Origin: a virus
DNA: 64,000 nucleotides
Direction: 5' to 3' (one strand)
Virus record (IMG/VR): IMGVR_UViG_3300027708_000022
Coordinates: 1-64,000 of that record
In this document: positions 38,066-48,117 of the stretch, piece after piece
How the letters are laid out: every line of letters starts with the position of its first letter
Position numbering within the stretch: the stretch's first letter is position 1
The notes under the pieces: generated by a model
Database searches by the model: none
The model's input: the letters and a program-made list of their open reading frames with translations, nothing else
What the model was told of the DNA's origin: nothing
Program-made: the position numbers and the translations under genes

Positions 38066-41000
38066 TTAATTACCTGCTGGAAGAGCGATTGCACGGAAGT
38101 CACGAACCTTAGGTACATCAGTTGTTGATGTGCCGGTCATAACAATTTTAATGGCAAATGTTCTAAATGAGTTAAATGTCGTTGTACCAGAAACATAATT
38201 TACGGAATTGTTTGCAGTAGTATTGTAACCTGGAGCATATGCAATTTCACGATAATCATTATAATTAGTTGACACAAAATTAGAATTAGATAATTGTGCC
38301 ATCAATTGATATCCTTTATTATCAAAATCATCAGTATCAGATGTTGATAATAATTTATAATAAACAAGAATATTTGATCCAGATGGTTTATATGCTGTCA
38401 AGTAAATACGAAGATCGCCAGAATCAAAACCATCAGCTAATGTTACTTTGCGAGTAATATAACGAACACTTCCGTTACCGCCAGATTTCTTATCTTCACC
38501 ATTATATGTTACTGTTACACCAGTACCTGGAGTGGTGTTTGCATCAACAACAGTGATTGTTGGTGATGTTGTGTAACCAGAACCATTACTTGTCAAATAA
38601 ATTGAGGTGATAACATTACTTGAAACAACCGCAGCTGCGGTTGCACCAGAACCACCGCCACCGGTGATTGTGACAACAGCATTTGCATTTGTTGAGTATG
38701 CAGTACCACCACTTGATAATACAATATCAGAATTACTTAATGGCAAATTGTTAATAATGTTTTCAACAGCAATAACACCATAACGAGATGAATCAAGAAA
38801 TGGTGAAATAACAGAACTGTTAGTATACATTGTAGCTGTAACAGTTAGTGTAGAATTGCCTGTTGTAGGATTTAGCACCCTACGATCTGAAATATCATTC
38901 ATTGGATAATCAGTAAATGGAGTAATTGAATATTCTCCGGCCATACCGCCAGTTGCTTTCTCAGAATTGAATGTGTATCTAACGCTAGTGTTGCCAAGAA
39001 CAACTTCTGAGGACATTAAATGCAACAAGTCATATGGGGTATTTGCACTTGGAGTTGCAACTTTAAATTTGGCAGATACAACACCAGTATTGAATGAATG
39101 GCGGTACATTCTAAACATCATATCAGTATTTTGTTCTGCGACCCATGTAGATCCATTTTGTGATAAGAAGAATGATCCACCATAAGGTTGTGCTGAAATT
39201 TGTCGTTTACTTACAGTGTCGAATGCACCAACCTCAGCTGCATATGTTTCATATCCATTTGAGTTAGTCATCAAAACAAATGCATATTCACCTGGTTGAA
39301 CATAGATTGGCGCATCAAACACGAATTCTGTGTATGTGTCTGCATTATCCAAATCAGGTGAACTGGATGTTTTAATTTGATCCGGTGTTAATGTCACAGT
39401 TGAAAATGGGAAAACAACGGATGATGATGGATATCCGTTTACCGTAGAACGTAGTTGCAATGTAATTGGTTGTGAAGCATCTTTTGATTTGAAACAGAAA
39501 CGAGCCTTGCTTAAAAACAATCCATCTGGATAATCATTTTGTGATACCAAGAATGTCTGTGCAAGTGGGTCATAATAACCAACAACAACGGATCTTGATG
39601 TAGTTGATGTTACAACACGATTATCATTTACTGCAACACGTTGAATTGTTGGAACAGTAGTTGATATAATAGTATTTTCTGTTCTTTCTAATAGACCTTG
39701 TGCAAAAAATGTAGCATCACCATTAGTTGATGATGAAGCTACATCTCCACTTGGAGTATCAATTAATCTAAAGTGTTTTTCACCAACTCTGAATTGGCCA
39801 GTTGGAATATAAAACAGTCCAGCCACATCACCAGATAAAGATGTAGTTAAGTTACCAATAGAATATATTGAAGTTGAATCTGGAACAGTTGTCCAGTTTG
39901 TATTAACAGTTGCAACTCTTGTTGTTGAATTATATGCAGATATTGTTCTCTTTTGGTTTGAACCTGTACCTGAAACGATATAGATTGGAGAACCAACATA
40001 TGTTGTAATATTATTTGCACCAGTTGCATCAACTCTCAAGGTAATTGTATTTGCTGCGGCCGATGCTGCATTACCATTATAATGGTCATAACCATTAATA
40101 CGAATACTTGAACCTGATACCGTACCAACTAAGTTTGCGCTGGCAATATTAAATGCTGTGTATGGGTTAACACTTACGATGAAAGCTTCTGTATTAGAAG
40201 TCAATGCAATAAGTGCTGTACCGTTTGATGTACTTGTTGTATTATTGTAAACAGTAACAGATTCCAAATTACCAACTTGTGTTTGGTATTGTAGATTGTT
40301 AGCGTTTAAAGTAAACTTATTGAGTCTGACGATGTTGTTATTAACATCAACATTATCAAAGAATCCGTATAATGTTGATGTTGGTTTGAAACTTGAACCA
40401 GTAAACAACACGTTACGATTTCTCATGTAAGGAATAATAGAAACATCCAAAACACGGTCGCCAAGTGACTGAGTAATTGTTGAAGCTACAACCGTTGTTT
40501 TTGTGCCGGAACGAGTTTGTGCAGATGTTGTGGTAGTGGTTTGTGTACCATATACAGCAATACCGGCGCCACCACCAACTTGGCCTCGACCCACCCACTC
40601 ACCACCAGAAACACTTTGACCGGTCCAATATGTTGACCAATCACCCCATTCATAATTGTATGTTGATGCTAAAATTAGATTCCACGCATCTTTGTCACCT
40701 TGTAGGTTAACAAGAACATCTGGGCGTTTAGAAGTATCAACCCAAATGTCTGAAGGTGGATCTAAATTAATTTTACCCAAGTAATTGATAACATTAAATG
40801 GGTTAATGTTAAATGATCTTGATGCTTTATTTTGGTCAACAAATACAACTTGTGATGAATTAGCAGTAATGATTGGACCAGTTTGCAAATAATTTGTAGA
40901 ATTTGCAGCATCAAACGTCAACAATGATGAAGAAATATTGAACGATGGGCGTAATTCTTTTATGTTTGGATCAATTGAAGCTTTATAATCTCTATTAGAA

Positions 41001-44000
41001 ACATCAGCAACAGAATGGCCGTTAAATGAGTCGACCAAAATACCATTCTTGAATCTAGGTAAATTTGTTGAATCTAATATTGTTAAGTCTTGTTTGTTGA
41101 CAGCAGATTGTTCAAGCAATGATAGTGAAGTGTAATACTCCAAGTTATCAACACGCTTAGAAATTGTGCCAATATCTTTCATTGTGAAACGGCGGTTGTC
41201 AATATATTGTACTGAAATATTAGAAGTATTGGCAACATATGCTGGCTCATGTAGAATATACATGGTCATTGAACCGTCTTTGTCTTTTGGTTCAACTGGT
41301 GTCAGGGAAGGAACACCTTGGATTACCTCAAAGGTACGATTCTTGTTTAAGGCAACTTTGTCGATTCTTGGTAAGTAGTATTGATAGTCCAGAAGTATAT
41401 CAGAACCGTTCTCTGGAATCTTTGGACCAGTCGTGGTTGAGTCAACATCGTATGTGACTGTGTTTGCTGTCGCTGTGCTCGTTGGTGTCGCACGGACAGG
41501 CCTGAAGTCTAGGCAATCACGCAGGTTGTATAGTTGCCCAGTTGCCTTGGCAGTGTATTGAGGTATAGAACCGTAATCGTACCCGTTGTATGAATCAACA
41601 TCAAAATAACCAGCACCAGACGATGAGAAACGATTATACAGAACAGCTAACGGTCCTGTAGGTGGTGTATTTCCTGGAATTAATTTGATTGCAGCATGGC
41701 CATAGTATGAATCTCTTTGGCCATTGTCTAATGCATATTTTGTTTTGATTTCTGTTGCATATGCAGTATTAGCTGTAGTAATTGAGTAACCATTAAAATC
41801 TAAAACAGAAACAATACCAATAACATCAGAAACGAACAATGATTGTGGTGTATCTACTGTCTTAATTAATGTGTTGGCCATGATGTGAGTCTGGCCTTGT
41901 GATGCATAAAGAATCACACCGTTGTTTGCAAAAATACTTGTGCCGCTTGATGACTGAATTGTTGTATTTGCAGCAACATAAGTTTTACTTTTTGCACTTG
42001 GATTTGAAGTATCAATAGTTCCTGTAATGTTAGCAACCATATTGTTTGCATTTGTAACTGTAATTTTACGAGTACCAGTATCAACAGTAAACAAATCAGC
42101 AGAAATTAATTGACCAACTTTATATGGTGATGTACCAGCAGAAGTTACAGCAATTTGATATTTTTCATTTCTTGATGAAGTACTTGATGCTGCTGAAACT
42201 GATTCTCCTGTACCAACAGAAAGTGTTGGTGAAACTGATGATGAGAATGACTGTGATTCATACAACCTTCTGTATGAGAATGACAAATCACCAATTGTAT
42301 TGTTGGCAATGAAATCTTCACCAAGTGGGAAAATCAATGGCTCTAAAGTTGTATCTGAAATAATCGAGTCAAGATAAGTTGTAGCTTGATCTTTAGAAGA
42401 AATATCAATATCAGCAGCTGCAAGACGAGTTGTGCTACTTGTAATTGCTAACGATTGTACTTGTGGGAATCCAAAGTCAATTGCCCATGTTGATGCACTA
42501 TTGACATTAGCAATAAATGGTTGTGAAATTTGAATGGTCTGAGTTGAACCCTTGTAGTTCGTAATAGTCTTTGGTGTTTCACCAACACCAGGACCAGCTG
42601 TAATTCTAAGTTTAGCACCAGTATAGGCATTATCTACTGTTGAGTACAATAATGAACCAGATAGTGTGTTTGCTAATTGTAGGTAAGTTGTGTTTGTTGA
42701 AGCAATACCGTTATTACAGTTACCGCCGTTGATTGTACCTACAGAAACATCAAACAGATATGTACGGTAAATATAAGTTGCTGAGTTTGATGTGTTTGCA
42801 GCTGTTTCAAATTCAATAGTCTTAACTCTCGCTGTACCAATCTTTGTATTACTAATTGCGCCTGTTGTTGTTACATTAATGTTTGCATTAGCAACGCAAT
42901 GTAAATCTATAGTCTGTAAACTGTTGATTGGAAATGATCCATATTGTGTATTTGAATACACATAGTAACCATAATCAGCAGACAATCTTTTATTATTTAC
43001 TGAAGAAGTTGTTCTTGGTTTGTCAACAGTAATAGTTGTAGGTGCAATTGTTTCAAACTCATAGCCATAAACATAAGCCTTACCTGGAGATAATGTGACA
43101 TTGGCTTTAGCGGTGTTTGCTGCACTTGTTTCTAATGATAGCTTGAATGGACGAACGGTATAATTACCAGATTCATCGTATGTTCTACGAGCAAGAGTAT
43201 CTTCTAAAATAGCATATAATGGATATTTGTTTGCATAAACTAATATACCACTTTCTACACGAGCCAATTCAATAAATTGTGTATCATCTACTGAAGTTAA
43301 ACTTCTTGACGCTAGAACCAAATTAATTTTATAACGATCAGAACCTGGTGCTTGAAAATTCGAAGCATCTTGAGCAGGATCTAACAATGATGTGTCTTGT
43401 GTATAAACAACAGTCGATTCTTGAATTTCAAAACCAATTCTTACATTAGCTGATGTGTTGTCATACTTTGATAATGCAATTGTTTGTGCATCGTTTTTAA
43501 TGAAAAAACCATCGTAATAGAATACACCTTCATTAACTGAGAAAACTTGTCCTGTACCTACACCTGATGTTGCGATATTGGCATATACTGGTGCAGCTTC
43601 ATCTGTTCTAATTGTTTCCAATGCTGTAAATGTATTGCCGTAGACCTGTTTCACCATAAGTGTTTTTGGGTCACCTGTGCCGGCATCAGCATCATATACT
43701 ACAACAACTTCACCACGCTTTGTACCTGTTGAATCTAATATAGACATACCCGTGAAATTATTAGCAACAACAGCTGAACCAGCATAGTCTGTGGATAATT
43801 TAAGATATGTAGCGTCTTGAATGAATGTTTGACCACCGGTTACTAAAGAACCGTTTTTGAAAATATTGTTACCAAATCTTTTGACTTGATTTTGTAGAAT
43901 TGTTTGGAGTTGTGTTAACTCACGAGCTTGAACAGCATAGCCAGGCTTAAACAACATACGAAGAAATTTCTTATCTTCATCGAAATCGTCATAGTATGGG

Positions 44001-44029
44001 TTGACATTAAAGTTGGTATTTAACGACAT
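38066..44029 (-). CDS. Giant virion structural protein (VrlC/DUF4815-like)
   Basis: NVNPYYDDFDEDK.F.R.LFKPGYAVQARELTQLQTILQNQ, LARRTYDESGNY, LEYYTSLSLLE, DPLAQTF, VPKVRDFRAIAL. Confidence 0.85.
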   Translation of the reverse strand: MSLNTNFNVNPYYDDFDEDKKFLRMLFKPGYAVQARELTQLQTILQNQVKRFGNNIFKNGSLVTGGQTFIQDATYLKLSTDYAGSAVVANNFTGMSILDSTGTKRGEVVVVYDADAGTGDPKTLMVKQVYGNTFTALETIRTDEAAPVYANIATSGVGTGQVFSVNEGVFYYDGFFIKNDAQTIALSKYDNTSANVRIGFEIQESTVVYTQDTSLLDPAQDASNFQAPGSDRYKINLVLASRSLTSVDDTQFIELARVESGILVYANKYPLYAILEDTLARRTYDESGNYTVRPFKLSLETSAANTAKANVTLSPGKAYVYGYEFETIAPTTITVDKPRTTSSVNNKRLSADYGYYVYSNTQYGSFPINSLQTIDLHCVANANINVTTTGAISNTKIGTARVKTIEFETAANTSNSATYIYRTYLFDVSVGTINGGNCNNGIASTNTTYLQLANTLSGSLLYSTVDNAYTGAKLRITAGPGVGETPKTITNYKGSTQTIQISQPFIANVNSASTWAIDFGFPQVQSLAITSSTTRLAAADIDISSKDQATTYLDSIISDTTLEPLIFPLGEDFIANNTIGDLSFSYRRLYESQSFSSSVSPTLSVGTGESVSAASSTSSRNEKYQIAVTSAGTSPYKVGQLISADLFTVDTGTRKITVTNANNMVANITGTIDTSNPSAKSKTYVAANTTIQSSSGTSIFANNGVILYASQGQTHIMANTLIKTVDTPQSLFVSDVIGIVSVLDFNGYSITTANTAYATEIKTKYALDNGQRDSYYGHAAIKLIPGNTPPTGPLAVLYNRFSSSGAGYFDVDSYNGYDYGSIPQYTAKATGQLYNLRDCLDFRPVRATPTSTATANTVTYDVDSTTTGPKIPENGSDILLDYQYYLPRIDKVALNKNRTFEVIQGVPSLTPVEPKDKDGSMTMYILHEPAYVANTSNISVQYIDNRRFTMKDIGTISKRVDNLEYYTSLSLLEQSAVNKQDLTILDSTNLPRFKNGILVDSFNGHSVADVSNRDYKASIDPNIKELRPSFNISSSLLTFDAANSTNYLQTGPIITANSSQVVFVDQNKASRSFNINPFNVINYLGKINLDPPSDIWVDTSKRPDVLVNLQGDKDAWNLILASTYNYEWGDWSTYWTGQSVSGGEWVGRGQVGGGAGIAVYGTQTTTTTSAQTRSGTKTTVVASTITQSLGDRVLDVSIIPYMRNRNVLFTGSSFKPTSTLYGFFDNVDVNNNIVRLNKFTLNANNLQYQTQVGNLESVTVYNNTTSTSNGTALIALTSNTEAFIVSVNPYTAFNIASANLVGTVSGSSIRINGYDHYNGNAASAAANTITLRVDATGANNITTYVGSPIYIVSGTGSNQKRTISAYNSTTRVATVNTNWTTVPDSTSIYSIGNLTTSLSGDVAGLFYIPTGQFRVGEKHFRLIDTPSGDVASSSTNGDATFFAQGLLERTENTIISTTVPTIQRVAVNDNRVVTSTTSRSVVVGYYDPLAQTFLVSQNDYPDGLFLSKARFCFKSKDASQPITLQLRSTVNGYPSSSVVFPFSTVTLTPDQIKTSSSPDLDNADTYTEFVFDAPIYVQPGEYAFVLMTNSNGYETYAAEVGAFDTVSKRQISAQPYGGSFFLSQNGSTWVAEQNTDMMFRMYRHSFNTGVVSAKFKVATPSANTPYDLLHLMSSEVVLGNTSVRYTFNSEKATGGMAGEYSITPFTDYPMNDISDRRVLNPTTGNSTLTVTATMYTNSSVISPFLDSSRYGVIAVENIINNLPLSNSDIVLSSGGTAYSTNANAVVTITGGGGSGATAAAVVSSNVITSIYLTSNGSGYTTSPTITVVDANTTPGTGVTVTYNGEDKKSGGNGSVRYITRKVTLADGFDSGDLRIYLTAYKPSGSNILVYYKLLSTSDTDDFDNKGYQLMAQLSNSNFVSTNYNDYREIAYAPGYNTTANNSVNYVSGTTTFNSFRTFAIKIVMTGTSTTDVPKVRDFRAIALPAGN

Positions 44030-44041
44030 TAAACATTTTCC

Positions 44042-45592
44042 TTAGAATCTAATAACAAACTTAACATTTTCGGCTTGGCCATCAGCTCTTGTAATTTTTT
44101 GAACATTCTCAGCATACATTATATCACCGGTATATGGTTGAAATTCCGGAGTTGCAGCCTTTACTACGGTTCTTGTTACAGCTGAATTAGCACCAATTAA
44201 CGTACCACCAACAGTAACAGAACCTCTAACTTTAGTCAATCTAACTTCATTTGAAGATTGAGCATTAACAAATCCGTAAAAATAAGCATTGTTAGCAGAA
44301 GTGCCTTGATAAACAAACTCATTCAATGTAAAATTTGTACCAGCTACCAATGTTAAATTGGTTGTCTGAGAAATTACAGTATTAGCGTTAGAACTTATTA
44401 CTGCTGAAATATTACCATATTTATACGGATCTCTTAGAAGTCCATATTGTCTAAATGAAGTATCTATTGAAATTAAACCTGACTCAGTAGCATCAACAGC
44501 ACCAATTCTTTCTGCAACCATAACATTTGTTGCATCCAATTCTTTAGCTGGATTGAATCCGTGTCCAAACTTTGGTCCCATAATACATCTTGTTGTTGCA
44601 CCAGAACCTGGACCATAAATTGTTGCGTTGGCGTAAGAGTATCCTATACCTGTAACATCAATTGTTATTTTTGATATTTGACTATTAGCAATATTGGCTG
44701 AAGCTTCAGCACCAGTTCCATCGCCTTGAATGTAAACTCTGGTTGTGAAACTTACATTATTTCCTGTACCACCGCCACTTCCAGTTGTGACTGTTGATAG
44801 TGTAACTATACTTGTGACAGCATTAACAGACGAAACTAATGTTCCTGTTGCAATACCAGTTCCAGTAATGTACATATTTGCAGCAACATTTGTAGTATTT
44901 GCTAAAGTTATGAAACCTACTCCAGATGCAAAAGCTGATGCTGAAATTGTTGGATTGGCATATCCTGTGCCACCAGAAGTTACAATAATTGTTGTCAATT
45001 CACCATCAACAGGTCCAGTTGAACTAACATTATAGTCCAATTTATTAGTTGATACAGGTGCAGGAACCCAATTTGTAGTTAAGAATTTGTTTGATGGTTT
45101 AACATTGTACATATACTTCCAAATAAAACCATCAGCGGTTACAATTGTACCATTTGCGCTCGTATAGTCACCAGTAGGTTGTACTGAAGAATTTGATGAT
45201 GCATTATTTGATAAACATTTGTAAACATTTCTATCGGTTGTAATAACATACATCGGATTAACATTCAATGTTGTGTTGGCTGTCAACAACTCATCCAATG
45301 CAATTTTGTCATCATATTGTTTGTACTTACCGTTTGTTGTCCAGTTTACACGAGGGATGACCATTTCCACATCATTACCTGTGATTCTCTTGGCTGCAAA
45401 CATATTATCCCATGCTGATTTTTCATCAGATGTGGAATCTACAATTGAGTTTGGAGAAGATTCGTTCGCATATGGAACATTATTCCCAATGAAAACATAA
45501 CCAACAGTTGCTGGTTCTGGTTCAGAGAATGACTCTTTAAATTGTTCTGCGTTATTAAACGACAGTTTTTTGGATGTATAATAAGTTGCCAT
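44042..45592 (-). CDS. gp8: Baseplate wedge subunit
   Basis: YVITTDRNVYKCLSN, DGFIWKYMY, GHGFNPAKEL, FRQYGLLRDP, QAENVKFVIRF. Confidence 0.85.
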   Translation of the reverse strand: MATYYTSKKLSFNNAEQFKESFSEPEPATVGYVFIGNNVPYANESSPNSIVDSTSDEKSAWDNMFAAKRITGNDVEMVIPRVNWTTNGKYKQYDDKIALDELLTANTTLNVNPMYVITTDRNVYKCLSNNASSNSSVQPTGDYTSANGTIVTADGFIWKYMYNVKPSNKFLTTNWVPAPVSTNKLDYNVSSTGPVDGELTTIIVTSGGTGYANPTISASAFASGVGFITLANTTNVAANMYITGTGIATGTLVSSVNAVTSIVTLSTVTTGSGGGTGNNVSFTTRVYIQGDGTGAEASANIANSQISKITIDVTGIGYSYANATIYGPGSGATTRCIMGPKFGHGFNPAKELDATNVMVAERIGAVDATESGLISIDTSFRQYGLLRDPYKYGNISAVISSNANTVISQTTNLTLVAGTNFTLNEFVYQGTSANNAYFYGFVNAQSSNEVRLTKVRGSVTVGGTLIGANSAVTRTVVKAATPEFQPYTGDIMYAENVQKITRADGQAENVKFVIRF

Positions 45593-45600
45593 AGTTTTAT

Positions 45601-48117
45601 TTATGTGACAATTACGAGGGTTTGGTCATTTGCAGTTTGCGTAAATGCAGAAGAAACGGTTACTACTCCGTTACTATAGATACTATTAACTGTTCTAATT
45701 TGTGAGTTAACTGCAATCTGTGAACCGATTGTTAGAATATTATTAGTATTAGCAATATTGAATCGTGTATTGGTACCTGTAACAACAATACTTCCTGAGT
45801 ACACATTAACAGTACCAGAAATTGTTGAACCGGTTGTTATAGCATTTGAAGTAATACCATTTGATAGAATAGTTTCATCAATCTTATACTCAGCGTATTG
45901 CACAAATCCAGCTGGATGAATTAGATTTTTGAATATCTCTTTAAACTTACTAAACTCAACAGATGAAGATAGAACATATGCATAGTCAACATAATATTCA
46001 CGACCCTGTACAACACGCTCTGATGCTGATAAAATACTATCTGAAGTTGGCCAACGACCTGGGAATGTTATATAACTTGATTCAACTTTAGCATTTGCAG
46101 TAGCTTTACCATCACCATAACCAGTCAAATCAATCTGTGGTGGGTATTTGTATCCTGCACCAGAATTAACTATACGAATCTTTAGAATTGCACCTAATGC
46201 CTGGTCAGCAGATCCATAAAGATTTTCACCATCACCCATAAGAGCTATGACTGACAAGTTGGCGTTTGCACCAGTTTTTGATGAAACAGTTAATGTTGGT
46301 AATTTATCACTATAAAAGTTTTGACCACCAATCAAATGTTTACCATGAACACCAATTTTTTTATCTGTTGTGGCATAAGTAAAGTTAACATTAACATTGA
46401 ATGAAGTATTTGAAGAAATAGAATTGATGTACCTTGATTGATTATTAATCATAATCAAATCACCAACACGCAAATCTTCCTGAAACTTTGTATTTGTTCC
46501 AGTAACTATAACATTTGCATTACCATATGTGTTAGCTGTACCAACAATTCTAGATGGTTGCAACTCAACTTTTGTAATTGCGCCATTTGATGATATACCA
46601 GTTACAGCGGCCGCAGCACCAATACCAAAAGTCATTGGTTGATTATAGAATAATATCTCATCACCAACTTTATAATTATTACCACCGTTATTGATTTGAA
46701 TTCTACCTAAAGACCTAGAACTTAAAACAAAATGGGTTGTGGTGTTTGCAAGGTATTGTGCAGAGTCAGCATCAAGTGTTGGCACAGTTGCGAATGCTGT
46801 ATTAGAAAAAAGAATTGCTACATTAGTAATAGCACCAATACTGGATATTGTACTGAAACTAAATGCATCAACCAATTTTGTATTTGCATTTTCACCACTT
46901 GGTATAACAGTTGAACTGAAACCGTAATTCGAATTCGAAATATTGACACTTGCAAAGTCTGAAATTCTATCTGTATTAACAGTGAATACATTTGCAGTAT
47001 TTTGGCCAGATACATCAACACCATCAATAGCCAATACGATTGCAGAATTAGCTGCCAAACCAACTACATTAACATTAGAACCTACTTTGAAACCTGCACC
47101 ACCTTGTAGTACAGAAATTTTGTTAATAAATCCAGAGAATACCTCAGTTATAATTGCTTCAGCTGATGTTGTTGATGATCCACCTGATATAAGAACTGGA
47201 TCACCAACATTATAACTTGCGCCACCGTTAATAATGTATATAACACTCAAATTAGACAGACCTAAAACTTTGATGTTTATTAAAGAACCATCGTCAGGGT
47301 CAATAATATCTAATAAAGCATTTTCACCATTACCAAAAGTACCAACTAATGTTTTACTATTGATGTATAATTCAAATGTTGGTACAGCATTATTTGTTTT
47401 TTGTGATGCTCTCTCAACAATGGCTGTTGCACCAGATGTTGTTCCGGTTATCTTTCTATTTTTTAATAAGTCAAAATCAAATGAGTCATACAAAACTTCA
47501 ATGCCAGCGCCAGAAGCTGGTGCTGTATTAAAAATTAATTTTCTCGATTCTTTACGAACATTGTAACCAGATGTTTGTACTACACCATTAACATAAACGG
47601 TAATCTCATCATATGCTACTACTTGAGCTAATTTAAATATTTTGGTTGTTGCATCACCTGTATGTTTACTATAAACTGTTTGTGATATTTTAAATGCATT
47701 TTCAACCAACCATTTACCATCTGATGCTCTAAGAATGTTTGTTTTTGGTTGTAGAATTTCCAGTTCTTCATTATAAAGAAGTCTGAACAACAACTTAAAC
47801 GATTTCTCATTACCTTTAGCCAAGTAAAGTGGCAAAACGTGTTTAAGTAAAACAGCTCTATCAACTTGTACATCCTGTGGGAATAAAGATGCATATGTGG
47901 CAAAAAAGTTGTCTTGAAAATCGTCAATAGAAGAATCAACATCGGTAGCATAACGAAGGTCTTTTGATTTTGTTACCAAGTCATTTAATTCTGTACCTTG
48001 TTTGTTCTCCAAATATTCATAATATGCTTCCATAAAAGCAATAAAATTTGGATGTTCTTCACGAACAAACTCCGGTAACTGACTACTAACCAGTAGAGAA
48101 GTTTTTTGGTCAGTCAT
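45601..48117 (-). CDS. gp7: Baseplate wedge initiator (gp7-like)
   Basis: QLPEFVREEHP.F..F.EAYYEYLE, LYLAKGNEKSFKLLFRLLY, YYVDYAYVL, LIHPAGF; follows gp6. Confidence 0.72.
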   Translation of the reverse strand: MTDQKTSLLVSSQLPEFVREEHPNFIAFMEAYYEYLENKQGTELNDLVTKSKDLRYATDVDSSIDDFQDNFFATYASLFPQDVQVDRAVLLKHVLPLYLAKGNEKSFKLLFRLLYNEELEILQPKTNILRASDGKWLVENAFKISQTVYSKHTGDATTKIFKLAQVVAYDEITVYVNGVVQTSGYNVRKESRKLIFNTAPASGAGIEVLYDSFDFDLLKNRKITGTTSGATAIVERASQKTNNAVPTFELYINSKTLVGTFGNGENALLDIIDPDDGSLINIKVLGLSNLSVIYIINGGASYNVGDPVLISGGSSTTSAEAIITEVFSGFINKISVLQGGAGFKVGSNVNVVGLAANSAIVLAIDGVDVSGQNTANVFTVNTDRISDFASVNISNSNYGFSSTVIPSGENANTKLVDAFSFSTISSIGAITNVAILFSNTAFATVPTLDADSAQYLANTTTHFVLSSRSLGRIQINNGGNNYKVGDEILFYNQPMTFGIGAAAAVTGISSNGAITKVELQPSRIVGTANTYGNANVIVTGTNTKFQEDLRVGDLIMINNQSRYINSISSNTSFNVNVNFTYATTDKKIGVHGKHLIGGQNFYSDKLPTLTVSSKTGANANLSVIALMGDGENLYGSADQALGAILKIRIVNSGAGYKYPPQIDLTGYGDGKATANAKVESSYITFPGRWPTSDSILSASERVVQGREYYVDYAYVLSSSVEFSKFKEIFKNLIHPAGFVQYAEYKIDETILSNGITSNAITTGSTISGTVNVYSGSIVVTGTNTRFNIANTNNILTIGSQIAVNSQIRTVNSIYSNGVVTVSSAFTQTANDQTLVIVT

